From positions 351-64,350 of the forward strand of contig CALFIG010000254.1 of the NCBI GenBank assembly GCA_937876455.1: 64,000 nt of DNA, in the 5' to 3' direction. The translations under genes were made by a program, and so were the position numbers. Shown piece by piece: positions 27,902 through 37,791 of this stretch. The notes under the pieces were generated by a model, which saw only the letters and a list, made by a program, of their open reading frames with translations, was not told where the DNA came from and did not search any database. Numbering within the stretch: position 1 is the stretch's first letter; each line of letters begins with the position of its first letter. This DNA is from an uncultured Flavobacterium sp. (GTDB lineage Bacteria; Bacteroidota; Bacteroidia; Flavobacteriales; Flavobacteriaceae).

Positions 27902-28014
27902 CAAAAATATAATTAAGTTTTAAAATAAATGATTTATTCTTATTTAGAATTAAAATAAATTACATTTTAAGATAAATTTAAGGTTTTGATAATTATTCTA
28001 ATGTTGTATTTTTG
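27902..28014. promoter_or_regulatory. Divergent promoters for SPOR-TBDR (minus) and the act-cox operon (plus)
   Basis: TATTTTTG on the minus strand at 27902-27909. On the plus strand, TTTG at 27985-27988 and TATTTTTG at 28007-28014. Confidence 0.65.
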
Positions 28015-28101
28015 TCCGAGTTTTAATAAAAGTGTGATTAAATAAATGCAGTCGTTTGAATTGCTAAAATCATACCAAATTAGTTAGTAATCAATTTTAA
28101 T

Positions 28102-29439
28102 ATGAAAAAGGTGGGTAACCCTAAATCGTTTTCAAAAACTTTCTTCTCGTTAGCGTTAACATTTGTGTTCGCTTTTGCTGTAAGTGCACAAGAACCAGCA
28201 GTTGCTCCGGCAGCAGCTCCAGATGCAGCAGCAGCTCCAGCAGCTGGAGCCGGAGATCCTGCAAAAGGAAAAGAATTGTTTAATACCAATTGTGCGGCTT
28301 GTCACAAGTTAGATCAAAAAATGACTGGCCCTGCTTTGCGAGGTGTTGGTGATAAGTATGACAAAGAATGGTTGTACAAATGGATCAAGAACAGTGCTGA
28401 TTTAATTAAATCGGGAGACGCAAAAGCGGTTAAGGTTTATGAAGAGTTCAATAAAGTAGCGATGACTGCTTTTCCTCAATTATCAAATGCGGATATTGAT
28501 AACATTATCGCTTACACCATGCAACCTAAGGAAGAACCTAAAGCGTCGACTGGAGGTACGGTTGAAAATAAAGATGGTGGAGATCAAAGCGGTTTGTCAA
28601 ATACGATAATCTTAGGTGCTTTAATTCTAGTTCTTGCTGTTTTGGTATTTATGTTATTTACAGTAAATAAACTGTTAAAAAATGTAATTGCAGCAAAAGG
28701 AATTGAGTTTGAAGAGAAACCAAAATCATTGCCTTTATGGAAAGCATTTGCTCAAAATCAATTCTTGGTTTTAGTATCTGCTATTTTATTCCTATTGATT
28801 TCTGCTTACTATATGTATGGTTATTTCATGCAAATAGGAGTAGACCAAGGCTATGAGCCAATTCAGCCAATTCATTATTCACATAAAATTCATGCTGGAG
28901 ATAACGGTATCGATTGTAAGTACTGTCACTCTTCTGCAAGAGTTTCTAAAAACGCAGGTATTCCTTCGTTAAATGTGTGTATGAATTGTCATAAAAATAT
29001 TTCTGAATTCCAAGGAGATAAAGATTCGACTTATGTTGATTATTCTAAAGAATTCTATACTGGCGAAATCAAAAAATTATATGACGCTGTAGGTTGGGAT
29101 CCAGCTACACAAAAATATACAGGAAAAACTAAACCAGTAAAATGGGTTAGAATTCATAATTTACCAGACTTTGTTTATTTCAATCACTCACAACACGTAA
29201 CAGTTGGTGGTATTGAATGTCAAAAATGTCACGGTAAAGTAGAAACTTTCGAAATCATGAAACAAGATCAACCGTTAACTATGGGTTGGTGTATTAACTG
29301 TCACAGAGAAACAAATGTGAAAGTTGAAGAAAATGGTTATTACGAAAAAATCCACGCAGAATTGTCTAAAAAATATGGCAAATCTAAGTTAACTGCTGCT
29401 GACATGGGCGGTTTAGAATGTGGTAAATGTCACTATTAA
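28102..29439 (+). CDS. actA: Alternative complex III multiheme cytochrome c ActA (mono-heme plus penta-heme domains)
   Basis: Six CxxCH motifs: CAACH, then CKYCH, CMNCH, CQKCH, CINCH, CGKCH. Confidence 0.93.
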   Translation: MKKVGNPKSFSKTFFSLALTFVFAFAVSAQEPAVAPAAAPDAAAAPAAGAGDPAKGKELFNTNCAACHKLDQKMTGPALRGVGDKYDKEWLYKWIKNSADLIKSGDAKAVKVYEEFNKVAMTAFPQLSNADIDNIIAYTMQPKEEPKASTGGTVENKDGGDQSGLSNTIILGALILVLAVLVFMLFTVNKLLKNVIAAKGIEFEEKPKSLPLWKAFAQNQFLVLVSAILFLLISAYYMYGYFMQIGVDQGYEPIQPIHYSHKIHAGDNGIDCKYCHSSARVSKNAGIPSLNVCMNCHKNISEFQGDKDSTYVDYSKEFYTGEIKKLYDAVGWDPATQKYTGKTKPVKWVRIHNLPDFVYFNHSQHVTVGGIECQKCHGKVETFEIMKQDQPLTMGWCINCHRETNVKVEENGYYEKIHAELSKKYGKSKLTAADMGGLECGKCHY

Positions 29440-29470
29440 TATTAATTTAAGAAGCTAATATCTATATACA

Positions 29471-32400
29471 ATGGCATCAAACAAAAAATACTGGAAAAGT
29501 GTTGAAGAACTAAATGAAAATAGTTCTATTGTTGAGACGCTAAAAAACAACGAATTTGTTGAACAAATTCCAGTTGATGAATTTTTAGGTGATAAAGAGA
29601 ATCTAACAAATTCATCTACTTCACGTCGTGACTTTTTAAAATATGTAGGTTTCAGTACAGCTGCTGCTTCGTTAGCTGCTTGTGAAGGACCTGTAATTAA
29701 ATCAATTCCTTATGTGGTTCAACCAGAAGAAATTATTCCTGGTGTGGCAGATTATTATGCTACAACTATTGCTGATGGTTTTGATTTTGCTAATATTTTA
29801 ATCAAAACGCGTGAGGGTCGTCCAATAAAAGTAGAAAATAATAAATTACAAGGTGCGGTTTCTGGAGCGAACGCGAGAGTGCATGCTTCGGTACTTTCTT
29901 TATATGACAATTTAAGACTTAAAGGTCCAAAAGTTGAAGGAAAAGAGTCGTCTTGGAATGAAGTTCATGCTAAAGTAAAAGCAAGTTTATCTGAAGCAAA
30001 AGCGAATGGCGGAGCTGTTGTGGTTTTAACCAATACGATGTCAAGTCCTTCAACTGATAAATTAATTGGTGATTTAACGGCAAAATATACAAATGTAAAG
30101 CATGTAGTGTATGATGCGGTTTCTGAAACAAATGCTTTAGATGCCTTTCAAACAGTATATGGTTTCAGAGCATTAGCTAATTATGATTTCTCAAAAGCTG
30201 ATACGATTGTATCTGTAGGTGCAGATTTCTTAGGAGATTGGCAAGGAGGAGGTTTTGATGCAGGCTATGCAAAAGGACGTATTCCTAAAAACGGAAAAAT
30301 GTCTAAGCATATCCAAATTGAGGCAAATATGTCTTTAGCGGGTGCAAGCGCTGATAAAAGAATTCCATTAACTATTGCAGACCAAAAGAAAGCTTTAGTA
30401 AAATTATACAATGCGGTTACAGGTTCAAATGTAACTGTTGGAAAGTTAGCAAAATATGATGCTGATGTTGAAAAAGCAGCACAACAACTAAAAGCTTCTG
30501 CTTCTAAAGGAGTTGTAGTAACAGGCTTAGATGATTTAGATGCTCAATTATTGGTTTTAGCCATTAACAATGCATTACAATCACAAGCATTTAATCCAAC
30601 AGATGCTAAATTAGTTAGAAAAGGAGATGCAAAAGCTGTGAATCAGTTAGTAGCAGACATGAATGCTGGTAAAGTTCATACATTAATTATGAGTGGTGTA
30701 AATCCAGTATATACTTTGCCAAATGCAAAAGAGTTTGTTGCAGGATTAGGTAAAGTAAAAGTATCAGTTGCGTTTTCTACTAAAGAGGACGAAACAGCTA
30801 AAATTTCAACAATAGCTGCAGCTGCTACACATTATTTAGAATCTTGGGGCGATGTTATGATAACACGTTCTAATTATAGTTTGATGCAACCAACCATCAG
30901 ACCTTTATTTGATACAAAACAATTCCAAGAAGCATTATTAACTTGGACAGATAATCCAACAACGTATTATGATTTCTTAAAAGGATTTGCTCCCGCTTTA
31001 TTAGGAGGAAAATCATGGAATCAAGCAGTACATGATGGTTTCACTGTTCTTGGTGCAGGTTCAGTAACTGCACAAGGGGCAAATTATGCTGCTTCAGCTA
31101 CTAAATTAGCAAATGCAAAAGCAACAGGTTTAGATTTAGTATTGTATACCAAAGTAGGCATGGGTGATGGACAACAAGCTAATAATCCTTGGTTACAAGA
31201 GTTTCCAGATCCTATTACAAGAGTATCTTGGGATAACTATGTTACTGTTTCTAAGGCAGATGCTGAAAAATTAGGTTTAAAAAACTGGAATGTTGCAAAC
31301 GGAGGACTAAACGGAAGTTATACTTCAATAAAAGTAGGAAACGCTACGTTGGAAAAAGTGCCAGTAGTTATTCAACCAGGTCAAGCTGTAGGGACTATCG
31401 GTTTATCTTTAGGATATGGTAAAAAAGAAGCATTAAAAGAAGAAATGCAAGTAGGTGTTAATGCTTACACAGTATATGCTAATTTTAATGCAAATCAATC
31501 TGCAACAGTTACTTTGGCAGATGGAGAACACGAATTTGCTTGTGTTCAATTACAAAAAACATTAATGGGTAGAGGAGATATCATCAAGGATACTACTTTA
31601 TCTGTATTCAATAAAGCAAATGACTCAGGTGAGGTTGAATTATATAACCCAAAACCAGTTGTTTCATTAGATCATAAAGAAACGCCTGCATCTAAGGTTG
31701 ATTTATGGACTTCTTTTGATCGATCAACAGGACACCATTTTAATTTATCAATAGATTTAAATGCTTGTACAGGATGTGGGGCGTGTGTAATTGCATGTCA
31801 TGCTGAAAATAATGTACCAGTTGTTGGTAAATCTGAAGTGAGAAGAAGCCGTGATATGCATTGGTTACGTATCGATAGATATTATTCTTCAGAGGAAACT
31901 TTTGCAGGTGATATTGATAAAAAAGAATCAGCAGACGGATTAATGAGCTCTATTTCTACTTTCACAAGTATGGAAGATCCTTCAGAAAATCCACAAGTTG
32001 CTTTCCAACCGGTAATGTGTCAACATTGTAATCATGCACCATGTGAAACAGTTTGTCCAGTAGCAGCTACATCACACTCTCGTCAAGGTCAAAATCACAT
32101 GGCTTACAACAGATGTGTTGGAACACGTTATTGTGCTAACAACTGTCCATATAAAGTACGTCGTTTTAACTGGTTCTTATACAATAAGAATGATGAGTTT
32201 AATTACCACATGAATGACGATTTAGGTCGTATGGTGTTAAATCCAGATGTGAATGTACGTTCTCGTGGGGTAATGGAAAAATGTTCTATGTGTATTCAAA
32301 TGACTCAAGCAACCATCTTGAAAGCTAAAAAAGAAGGTAGAGCAGTTGAAACTAATGAATTTGCAACAGCATGTTCTGCAGCATGTACATCAGGAGCTAT

Positions 32401-32542
32401 GATTTTTGGGGACGTTAATGATGCTACTTCTGATGTGGCAAAATTAGCCGAATCTGATAGATCATATCATTTGTTAGAGCATATTGGAACAAAACCAAAT
32501 GTGTTCTACCACGTGAAAGTAAGAAACGATAAAGAAATTTAA
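29471..32542 (+). CDS. actB: Alternative complex III subunit ActB (molybdopterin oxidoreductase-like plus Fe-S domain, Tat lipoprotein)
   Basis: YWKS...SRRDFLK...LAAC leader and Fe-S motifs CTGCGACVIAC, CQHCNHAPCETVCP, CVGTRYCANNCP. Confidence 0.95.
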   Translation: MASNKKYWKSVEELNENSSIVETLKNNEFVEQIPVDEFLGDKENLTNSSTSRRDFLKYVGFSTAAASLAACEGPVIKSIPYVVQPEEIIPGVADYYATTIADGFDFANILIKTREGRPIKVENNKLQGAVSGANARVHASVLSLYDNLRLKGPKVEGKESSWNEVHAKVKASLSEAKANGGAVVVLTNTMSSPSTDKLIGDLTAKYTNVKHVVYDAVSETNALDAFQTVYGFRALANYDFSKADTIVSVGADFLGDWQGGGFDAGYAKGRIPKNGKMSKHIQIEANMSLAGASADKRIPLTIADQKKALVKLYNAVTGSNVTVGKLAKYDADVEKAAQQLKASASKGVVVTGLDDLDAQLLVLAINNALQSQAFNPTDAKLVRKGDAKAVNQLVADMNAGKVHTLIMSGVNPVYTLPNAKEFVAGLGKVKVSVAFSTKEDETAKISTIAAAATHYLESWGDVMITRSNYSLMQPTIRPLFDTKQFQEALLTWTDNPTTYYDFLKGFAPALLGGKSWNQAVHDGFTVLGAGSVTAQGANYAASATKLANAKATGLDLVLYTKVGMGDGQQANNPWLQEFPDPITRVSWDNYVTVSKADAEKLGLKNWNVANGGLNGSYTSIKVGNATLEKVPVVIQPGQAVGTIGLSLGYGKKEALKEEMQVGVNAYTVYANFNANQSATVTLADGEHEFACVQLQKTLMGRGDIIKDTTLSVFNKANDSGEVELYNPKPVVSLDHKETPASKVDLWTSFDRSTGHHFNLSIDLNACTGCGACVIACHAENNVPVVGKSEVRRSRDMHWLRIDRYYSSEETFAGDIDKKESADGLMSSISTFTSMEDPSENPQVAFQPVMCQHCNHAPCETVCPVAATSHSRQGQNHMAYNRCVGTRYCANNCPYKVRRFNWFLYNKNDEFNYHMNDDLGRMVLNPDVNVRSRGVMEKCSMCIQMTQATILKAKKEGRAVETNEFATACSAACTSGAMIFGDVNDATSDVAKLAESDRSYHLLEHIGTKPNVFYHVKVRNDKEI

Positions 32543-32567
32543 TAACAGAAATACAATATAAAGGATT

Positions 32568-33971
32568 ATGTCTCATTACGAAGCACCCATTAGAAAGCCT
32601 CTTGTTATTGGTGATAAAAGTTATCACGATATAACAGTTGATGTTGCTAGACCTGTAGAAGGAAGAGCTAATAAACTATGGTGGACAGTATTTACTATTG
32701 CATTAGCTGCATTCCTTTGGGGATTAGGATGTATGGTTTATACCATTTCTACCGGAATTGGAACATGGGGATTAAATAAAACAATTGGTTGGGCTTGGGA
32801 TATTACTAACTTCGTTTGGTGGGTTGGTATTGGTCACGCCGGAACACTTATCTCAGCGGTATTATTATTATTCCGTCAAAAATGGAGAATGGCTATTAAC
32901 CGTTCTGCTGAAGCCATGACAATTTTCTCAGTAGTTCAAGCGGGTTTATTCCCAATTATTCACATGGGACGTCCATGGTTAGGCTATTGGGTATTGCCAA
33001 TTCCAAATCAATTTGGATCATTATGGGTAAACTTTAACTCCCCATTATTATGGGACGTATTTGCAATTTCTACCTATTTATCTGTTTCATTGGTTTTCTG
33101 GTGGACAGGTTTATTACCAGATTTTGCAATGTTAAGAGATAGAGCCGTTACCCCATTTACTAAAAGAGTATATTCTATCCTTTCTTTTGGATGGAGTGGT
33201 AGAGCTAAAGACTGGCAACGTTTTGAAGAAGTTTCATTAGTATTAGCAGGTTTAGCAACACCACTTGTACTTTCAGTACATACAATTGTATCATTTGACT
33301 TCGCAACTTCAGTTATACCGGGTTGGCATACTACAATTTTGCCTCCATATTTCGTAGCTGGAGCTATTTTCTCAGGATTTGCAATGGTAAACACCTTGTT
33401 AATCATCATGAGAAAAGTATCTAATTTAGAAGATTATATTACGGTTCAACATATCGAATTAATGAATATTGTAATTATGATTACAGGTTCAATTGTAGGT
33501 TGTGCATATATTACTGAGTTATTTGTAGCTTGGTATTCAGGAGTAGAGTATGAACAATATGCTTTCCTGAATAGAGCTACAGGACCTTACTGGTGGTCAT
33601 ATTGGTTAATGATGACTTGTAACGTATTCTCACCTCAGTTCATGTGGTCTAAAAAATTAAGAACAAGTATTGCATTTTCATTCATTATTTCTATTGTGGT
33701 AAACATAGGAATGTGGTTTGAACGATTTGTAATCATTGTTACCTCTTTACATAGAGATTATTTACCATCTTCTTGGACGATGTTCCAACCAACGTTTGTT
33801 GATGCTGGAATCTACATTGGAACAATTGGATTCTTCTTTGTATTATTCTTATTGTATTCTAGAAGTTTCCCTGTAATTGCTCAAGCAGAAGTAAAAACAA
33901 TCTTAAAGTCTTCTGGAGATAATTTCAAAAGAGAAAGAGGAGATAGTAAACCAGGTCACGATCATCATTAA
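32568..33971 (+). CDS. actC: Alternative complex III subunit ActC (NrfD/PsrC family)
   Basis: WDITNFVWWVGIGHAGTLIS, RSAEAMT, SPLLWDVFAISTY. Confidence 0.95.
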   Translation: MSHYEAPIRKPLVIGDKSYHDITVDVARPVEGRANKLWWTVFTIALAAFLWGLGCMVYTISTGIGTWGLNKTIGWAWDITNFVWWVGIGHAGTLISAVLLLFRQKWRMAINRSAEAMTIFSVVQAGLFPIIHMGRPWLGYWVLPIPNQFGSLWVNFNSPLLWDVFAISTYLSVSLVFWWTGLLPDFAMLRDRAVTPFTKRVYSILSFGWSGRAKDWQRFEEVSLVLAGLATPLVLSVHTIVSFDFATSVIPGWHTTILPPYFVAGAIFSGFAMVNTLLIIMRKVSNLEDYITVQHIELMNIVIMITGSIVGCAYITELFVAWYSGVEYEQYAFLNRATGPYWWSYWLMMTCNVFSPQFMWSKKLRTSIAFSFIISIVVNIGMWFERFVIIVTSLHRDYLPSSWTMFQPTFVDAGIYIGTIGFFFVLFLLYSRSFPVIAQAEVKTILKSSGDNFKRERGDSKPGHDHH

Positions 33972-33982
33972 TATTTAAGATT

Positions 33983-34504
33983 ATGAGTAATAAAGTTATA
34001 CACGCGATATATAATGACGATGATGTTTTGTTAGATGCAGTTAAGAAAACGAAAGCAGCTCATCATCACATTGAAGAAGTATATACACCATTTCCAGTAC
34101 ATGGACTAGACAAAGCAATGGGTTTAGCTTCTACTAGATTAGCAATATGTGCCTTTTTATATGGAATAACAGGTTTAATTATTTATGCAAATTTATTAAA
34201 CTATGTAATGATTTTAGATTGGCCACAGGATATTGGAGGAAAACCAAGTTTTGCATTTTACCAAAACATGCCTGCTTTTGTTCCAGTAATGTTTGAAGGT
34301 ACAGTGTTTTTTGCAGCCCATTTAATGGTAATTACATTTTACATGAGAAGTAAATTATGGCCATTCAAAAAAGCAGAGAATCCAGATGTAAGAACAACTG
34401 ATGATCATTTTTTAATGGAAGTTGGTGTACAAGGTAATGAAGAAGAATTAGTTTCTTTTTTCCAAAATACAGGAGCTATCGAAGTAAAAGTAATTGAAAA
34501 ATAG
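33983..34504 (+). CDS. actD: Alternative complex III subunit ActD (DUF3341)
   Basis: EVYTPFPVHGLD, DWPQDIGGKP, operon position. Confidence 0.9.
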   Translation: MSNKVIHAIYNDDDVLLDAVKKTKAAHHHIEEVYTPFPVHGLDKAMGLASTRLAICAFLYGITGLIIYANLLNYVMILDWPQDIGGKPSFAFYQNMPAFVPVMFEGTVFFAAHLMVITFYMRSKLWPFKKAENPDVRTTDDHFLMEVGVQGNEEELVSFFQNTGAIEVKVIEK

Positions 34505-34511
34505 AGGAGTG

Positions 34512-35060
34512 ATGAGAAAAGTTTTAAATAGTATTGTATTAGCTGGTGTAGCTTTATTAAGCACATCATGTTTTGACAAATCAAAACCAAACTACCAGTT
34601 CTTCCCTAATATGTATGAGCCGGTTTCTTATGAAACGTATTCAGAACATGCTATTTTTCCGGGAGGCAAAGAAGGTTTAATTCCAGCAGAAGGAACAATT
34701 AAAAGAGGTTTTACACCTTATGAAATTCCTAATACTCCAGAAGGATATGCTTTAGCAAAAGCTTCATTAAAATCGCCATTAACAGCGGAACAAAAAAATG
34801 AAGAAAAAGGAAAAGAATTATTCAATATTTACTGTGCTATTTGTCACGGTGAAGCAGGTGATGGTAAAGGAAATTTAGCAAAAAGAGAAAAATTTGCTGG
34901 AGTTCCTAATTATAAAGATAGAGAAATTACTGAAGGAAGTATCTTTCATGTAGTTACATACGGAATCAATTCTATGGGTTCGCATGCTAATCAATTATCA
35001 AAAGAAGAAAGATGGCAAGTTGCAGACTATGTGTTGAAACTTAAAGCAGAATTAAAATAG
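34512..35060 (+). CDS. actE: Alternative complex III mono-heme lipoprotein ActE
   Basis: Lipobox LSTSC, CAICH heme motif, MGSH axial Met. Start placed at the ATG at 34512. Confidence 0.9.
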   Translation: MRKVLNSIVLAGVALLSTSCFDKSKPNYQFFPNMYEPVSYETYSEHAIFPGGKEGLIPAEGTIKRGFTPYEIPNTPEGYALAKASLKSPLTAEQKNEEKGKELFNIYCAICHGEAGDGKGNLAKREKFAGVPNYKDREITEGSIFHVVTYGINSMGSHANQLSKEERWQVADYVLKLKAELK

Positions 35061-35085
35061 TAATACATTTTTGAAAATAATAGAT

Positions 35086-36591
35086 ATGTACCAGTTTTCA
35101 AGTAGATTAAAAACTTTTTCATTTATCCTGATGGTTGTAGGTATTTTAGGAATCGGTTATGGTTTCTTTACTACACCTAAAACAGATGAAGATATTGAAA
35201 ATATATTAAAAGAGCAAGAAGCACACCACGGTGGTGCACATCATGAATCTCATGCTACGGCATCTGCTTCTCATTCAGAAGAACATGCTGCGACACATGA
35301 AGCAACAGCTCATGAAGACAAAGATTCAATGCATCATGAAATGGCTCAAGTAGCTGATTCTACAGAAGTTTCTCATGATTCTACAGCTGTTGCAGTAGTT
35401 CCAGTTGCAAATCATCATGATAGCGACGTGGTAGTTACTAAAGCAAAAGAAATTGAAGTAGATCATGTAGCAGAACACAAAGAACATGTTGCACATGTAA
35501 AACATCAATTGCAAAACAAGCCTTGGTCAGCGTTATATGTAGCTTGTATCTTCTTTATGTTGATTGCTGTTGGTGCTTTAGCTTTTTATGCTATTCAATG
35601 GGCAGCTCAAGCAGGGTGGTCTCCAATAGTATTTAGAGTAATGGAAGGTGTTTCTAGTTATTTATTACCAGGTTCAATTATTTTTATTATTTTATTGGTA
35701 TTAGCTTCACTGCATTTTGGTCACAATCATATGTTTGTATGGATGGACGCAGATGTTGTTAAAGCAGATCATTTAATTCAAGGAAAATCAGGGTTTTTAA
35801 ATGTTCCGTTCTTTTTAATTAGAGCAGTAATCTTTTTAGTTGGATGGAATTTATATCGTTATATATCAAGAAAAAATTCAATTGCTTTAGATCAAACTAA
35901 AGATTTAAGCTTCTTTAAAAAGAATTATAAAGCTGCAGCAGCATTTTTAGTATTCTTTATAGTTTCGGAATCTATAATGTCTTGGGATTGGATTATGTCT
36001 GTTGATCCACACTGGTATAGTACATTGTTTGGATGGTACGTATTTGCTAGCTTCTTTGTAAGTGGTATTACGGTAATTACATTAATTACGTTATATCTTA
36101 AATCAAAAGGTTTATTAGAGCAAGTAAATAAGAGTCACATACATGATTTAGCTAAATTTATGTTTGGAATTAGTATTTTCTGGACCTATTTATGGTTCTC
36201 ACAATTTATGTTGATTTGGTATTCAGATATACCAGAGGAAGTTACTTATTTCATCACAAGAATTGAACATTATAACTTGCCTTTCTTCGGAATGGTAGCT
36301 ATGAATTTCTTATTCCCATTATTAATTTTAATGAATGCTGATTTCAAGCGATTAACTTGGGTTATTGTTATGGCTGGGGTTGTAATTTTAGCAGGTCACT
36401 ATTTAGATTTCTATAACATGATTATGCCAGCAACAGTTGGAGATCAATGGTTTATTGGCGTTTCTGAAATTAGCTCCGTATTATTCTTCTTAGGGTTGTT
36501 TATTTTTGTTGTATTTACTGCACTTACTAAAGCACCTCTTGTTTCAGAAGGAAATCCGTATATCGAGGAAAGCAAACATTTTCATTATTAA
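35086..36591 (+). CDS. actF: Alternative complex III subunit ActF, with a long His-rich loop
   Basis: WDWIMSVDPHWYSTLFGWY, HDLAKFMF, YLWFSQFMLIWY. Start placed at the ATG at 35086. Confidence 0.92.
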   Translation: MYQFSSRLKTFSFILMVVGILGIGYGFFTTPKTDEDIENILKEQEAHHGGAHHESHATASASHSEEHAATHEATAHEDKDSMHHEMAQVADSTEVSHDSTAVAVVPVANHHDSDVVVTKAKEIEVDHVAEHKEHVAHVKHQLQNKPWSALYVACIFFMLIAVGALAFYAIQWAAQAGWSPIVFRVMEGVSSYLLPGSIIFIILLVLASLHFGHNHMFVWMDADVVKADHLIQGKSGFLNVPFFLIRAVIFLVGWNLYRYISRKNSIALDQTKDLSFFKKNYKAAAAFLVFFIVSESIMSWDWIMSVDPHWYSTLFGWYVFASFFVSGITVITLITLYLKSKGLLEQVNKSHIHDLAKFMFGISIFWTYLWFSQFMLIWYSDIPEEVTYFITRIEHYNLPFFGMVAMNFLFPLLILMNADFKRLTWVIVMAGVVILAGHYLDFYNMIMPATVGDQWFIGVSEISSVLFFLGLFIFVVFTALTKAPLVSEGNPYIEESKHFHY

Positions 36592-36611
36592 TATTTTAAA
36601 GTAATAAACAA

Positions 36612-37760
36612 ATGAACAGTTTATTGATACTTATAATTGTAGTTTTATTAGGAGTTGCGATTTGGCAATTATCTAAAATATTTAGTCTAACACAAGAAAA
36701 AGCAGCTGCTGAAAATTCAGAAGTAGCAACAGACAAAGACAATAATATTAATGGATATTTAATGTTTGCATTTGTTGGTTTTATCTACATTTTTACAATT
36801 TATTCTCTGGTTAAGTGGGGAAGCTTTGTCTTAGGAACACCAGCATCAGAGCACGGTACTGATTATGATAATTTGATGTATATATCAATGGTTATTATTT
36901 TTATTGTACAAACATTTACGCAATTTTTATTACATTATTTTGCATTTAAATATAGAGGAAAAGAAGGTCAAAAAGCATTGTACTTTGCCGATAATAGTAA
37001 GTTAGAAGCTATTTGGACTATTATTCCAGTAATTGTTTTGGCAGGTTTAATTCTTTATGGATTGTATACTTGGAATAATATTATGAATGTTGAAGAAGGC
37101 GAAGAGGTAATCAATGTTGAATTGTATGCTAAACAATTCTCTTGGGAAGCTCGTTATGCTGGAGAGGATAATACATTAGGAAAAGCAAACGTAAGATATA
37201 TTAAAGACGTAAATACATTAGGTGTTGATATGGCAGATGCTGCTGCTCAAGACGATAAAGTTGTTACTGAATTACATTTACCTGTGGGTAAGAAAGTGCA
37301 TTTTAAAATGCGTTCACAAGACGTGTTACACTCTGCTTATATGCCTCACTTCAGAGCACAAATGAATTGTGTTCCAGGAATGGTTACTGAATTTGCTTTC
37401 ACACCAACGGTTACTACTGAAGAAATGAGAAACGATCCAAAGATTGTTGAAAAAGTAGCAGGAATCAATAAAATTAGAACTAAAAAAAGCGCAGAACTTG
37501 TTGCAAAAGGATTACCCGCTTTAGAACCATACTCATTTGATTACTTATTGTTATGTAATAAAATTTGTGGGGCTTCACACTACAATATGCAAATTAAAAT
37601 CATTGTAGAGTCTGAAGCAGATTACAAAAAATGGTTAAAGGAACAAAAAACAATCGCTACAGCTGTTAAAGAAGCATCTGCTCCTAAAGTAGATCCTGCA
37701 GCACCAGCAACGGGAGTAGTAGTAGATACTACTAAAACAATGGCTCAAGTTATTAAATAA
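36612..37760 (+). CDS. coxB: Cytochrome c oxidase subunit II (CuA)
   Basis: LEAIWTIIP, SQDVLHS, CuA motif CNKICGASHYNM. Confidence 0.95.
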   Translation: MNSLLILIIVVLLGVAIWQLSKIFSLTQEKAAAENSEVATDKDNNINGYLMFAFVGFIYIFTIYSLVKWGSFVLGTPASEHGTDYDNLMYISMVIIFIVQTFTQFLLHYFAFKYRGKEGQKALYFADNSKLEAIWTIIPVIVLAGLILYGLYTWNNIMNVEEGEEVINVELYAKQFSWEARYAGEDNTLGKANVRYIKDVNTLGVDMADAAAQDDKVVTELHLPVGKKVHFKMRSQDVLHSAYMPHFRAQMNCVPGMVTEFAFTPTVTTEEMRNDPKIVEKVAGINKIRTKKSAELVAKGLPALEPYSFDYLLLCNKICGASHYNMQIKIIVESEADYKKWLKEQKTIATAVKEASAPKVDPAAPATGVVVDTTKTMAQVIK

Positions 37761-37791
37761 TAAAATTTAGATTTAAATAAATATAAATAGT

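Noticed and set aside
28186-28262. Ala/Pro-rich repeats in the ActA N-terminus (PAVAPAAAPDAAAAPAAGAG)
   Set aside because: This is an ordinary low-complexity linker after the signal peptide, not a DNA repeat element.
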